A stretch of 64,000 nt of DNA from an uncultured delta proteobacterium (lineage in GTDB: Bacteria; Myxococcota; Kuafuiibacteriia; Kuafuiibacteriales; Kuafuiibacteriaceae). The notes under the pieces are model-generated. The model searched no databases, had not been told where the DNA came from, and saw only the letters and a program-made list of their open reading frames with translations. This document shows, piece by piece, positions 63,909 through 64,000 of this stretch (position 1 is its first letter; every line of letters starts with the position of its first letter). The DNA is taken from NCBI GenBank assembly GCA_963803435.1, contig CAWDML010000001.1:3136001-3200000 (forward strand), read 5' to 3'. A program made the translations under genes and the position numbers.

Positions 63909-64000
63909 ATGGCCAATCAAAGCTTCGTCATCGAAGGGGGTCATCCGGTCGGAGGCCGGATCCGCCCGAGCGGCAACAAGAACGCGGCGCTTCCGCTGAT
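63909..64000 (+). CDS. murA: UDP-N-acetylglucosamine 1-carboxyvinyltransferase (5' end, runs off window)
   Basis: [30 protein letters not shown] with GAGG SD upstream. Confidence 0.9.
   Translation, partial: MANQSFVIEGGHPVGGRIRPSGNKNAALPL

Overview
High-GC bacterial DNA whose gene content points to a myxobacterium-like (Myxococcota) genome: MYXO-CTERM sorting tags, three Ser/Thr kinases, Cys-rich lipoproteins and a Cys-rich Pal. About ten single-base frameshifts in otherwise intact genes suggest an unpolished assembly. Housekeeping genes include argC (partial), ada/alkA-ogt, a Deg/HtrA protease, pal-cpoB, smpB, panC-panB, a deoxynucleoside kinase, a short metG and the start of murA. The main observation is a roughly 12 kb minus-strand gene (29670->17600, about 4,020 codons after two indel corrections) that reads as a polyprotein of four paralogous surface proteins. 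Each unit has an N-terminal head, CARDB repeats, four Ig-like repeats and a MYXO-CTERM tag. At all three internal junctions the tag's Arg tail runs in frame, with no stop and no Met, into a new hydrophobic segment ending in A-x-A|Q, resembling signal-peptidase-processed viral polyproteins. It lies in a cell-surface operon. Other items of note: a 1.46 kb element with 70-bp inverted repeats inserted at a CTAG that supplies the stop codons of two convergent genes (cargo: four-helix-bundle gene and IS1182 fragment), a candidate metallopeptidase toxin-immunity pair, an in-frame palindromic 51-bp tandem repeat, a candidate Met-sensing leader before metG, and a decayed IS5. All family assignments come from motif recognition by eye; no database searches were run.
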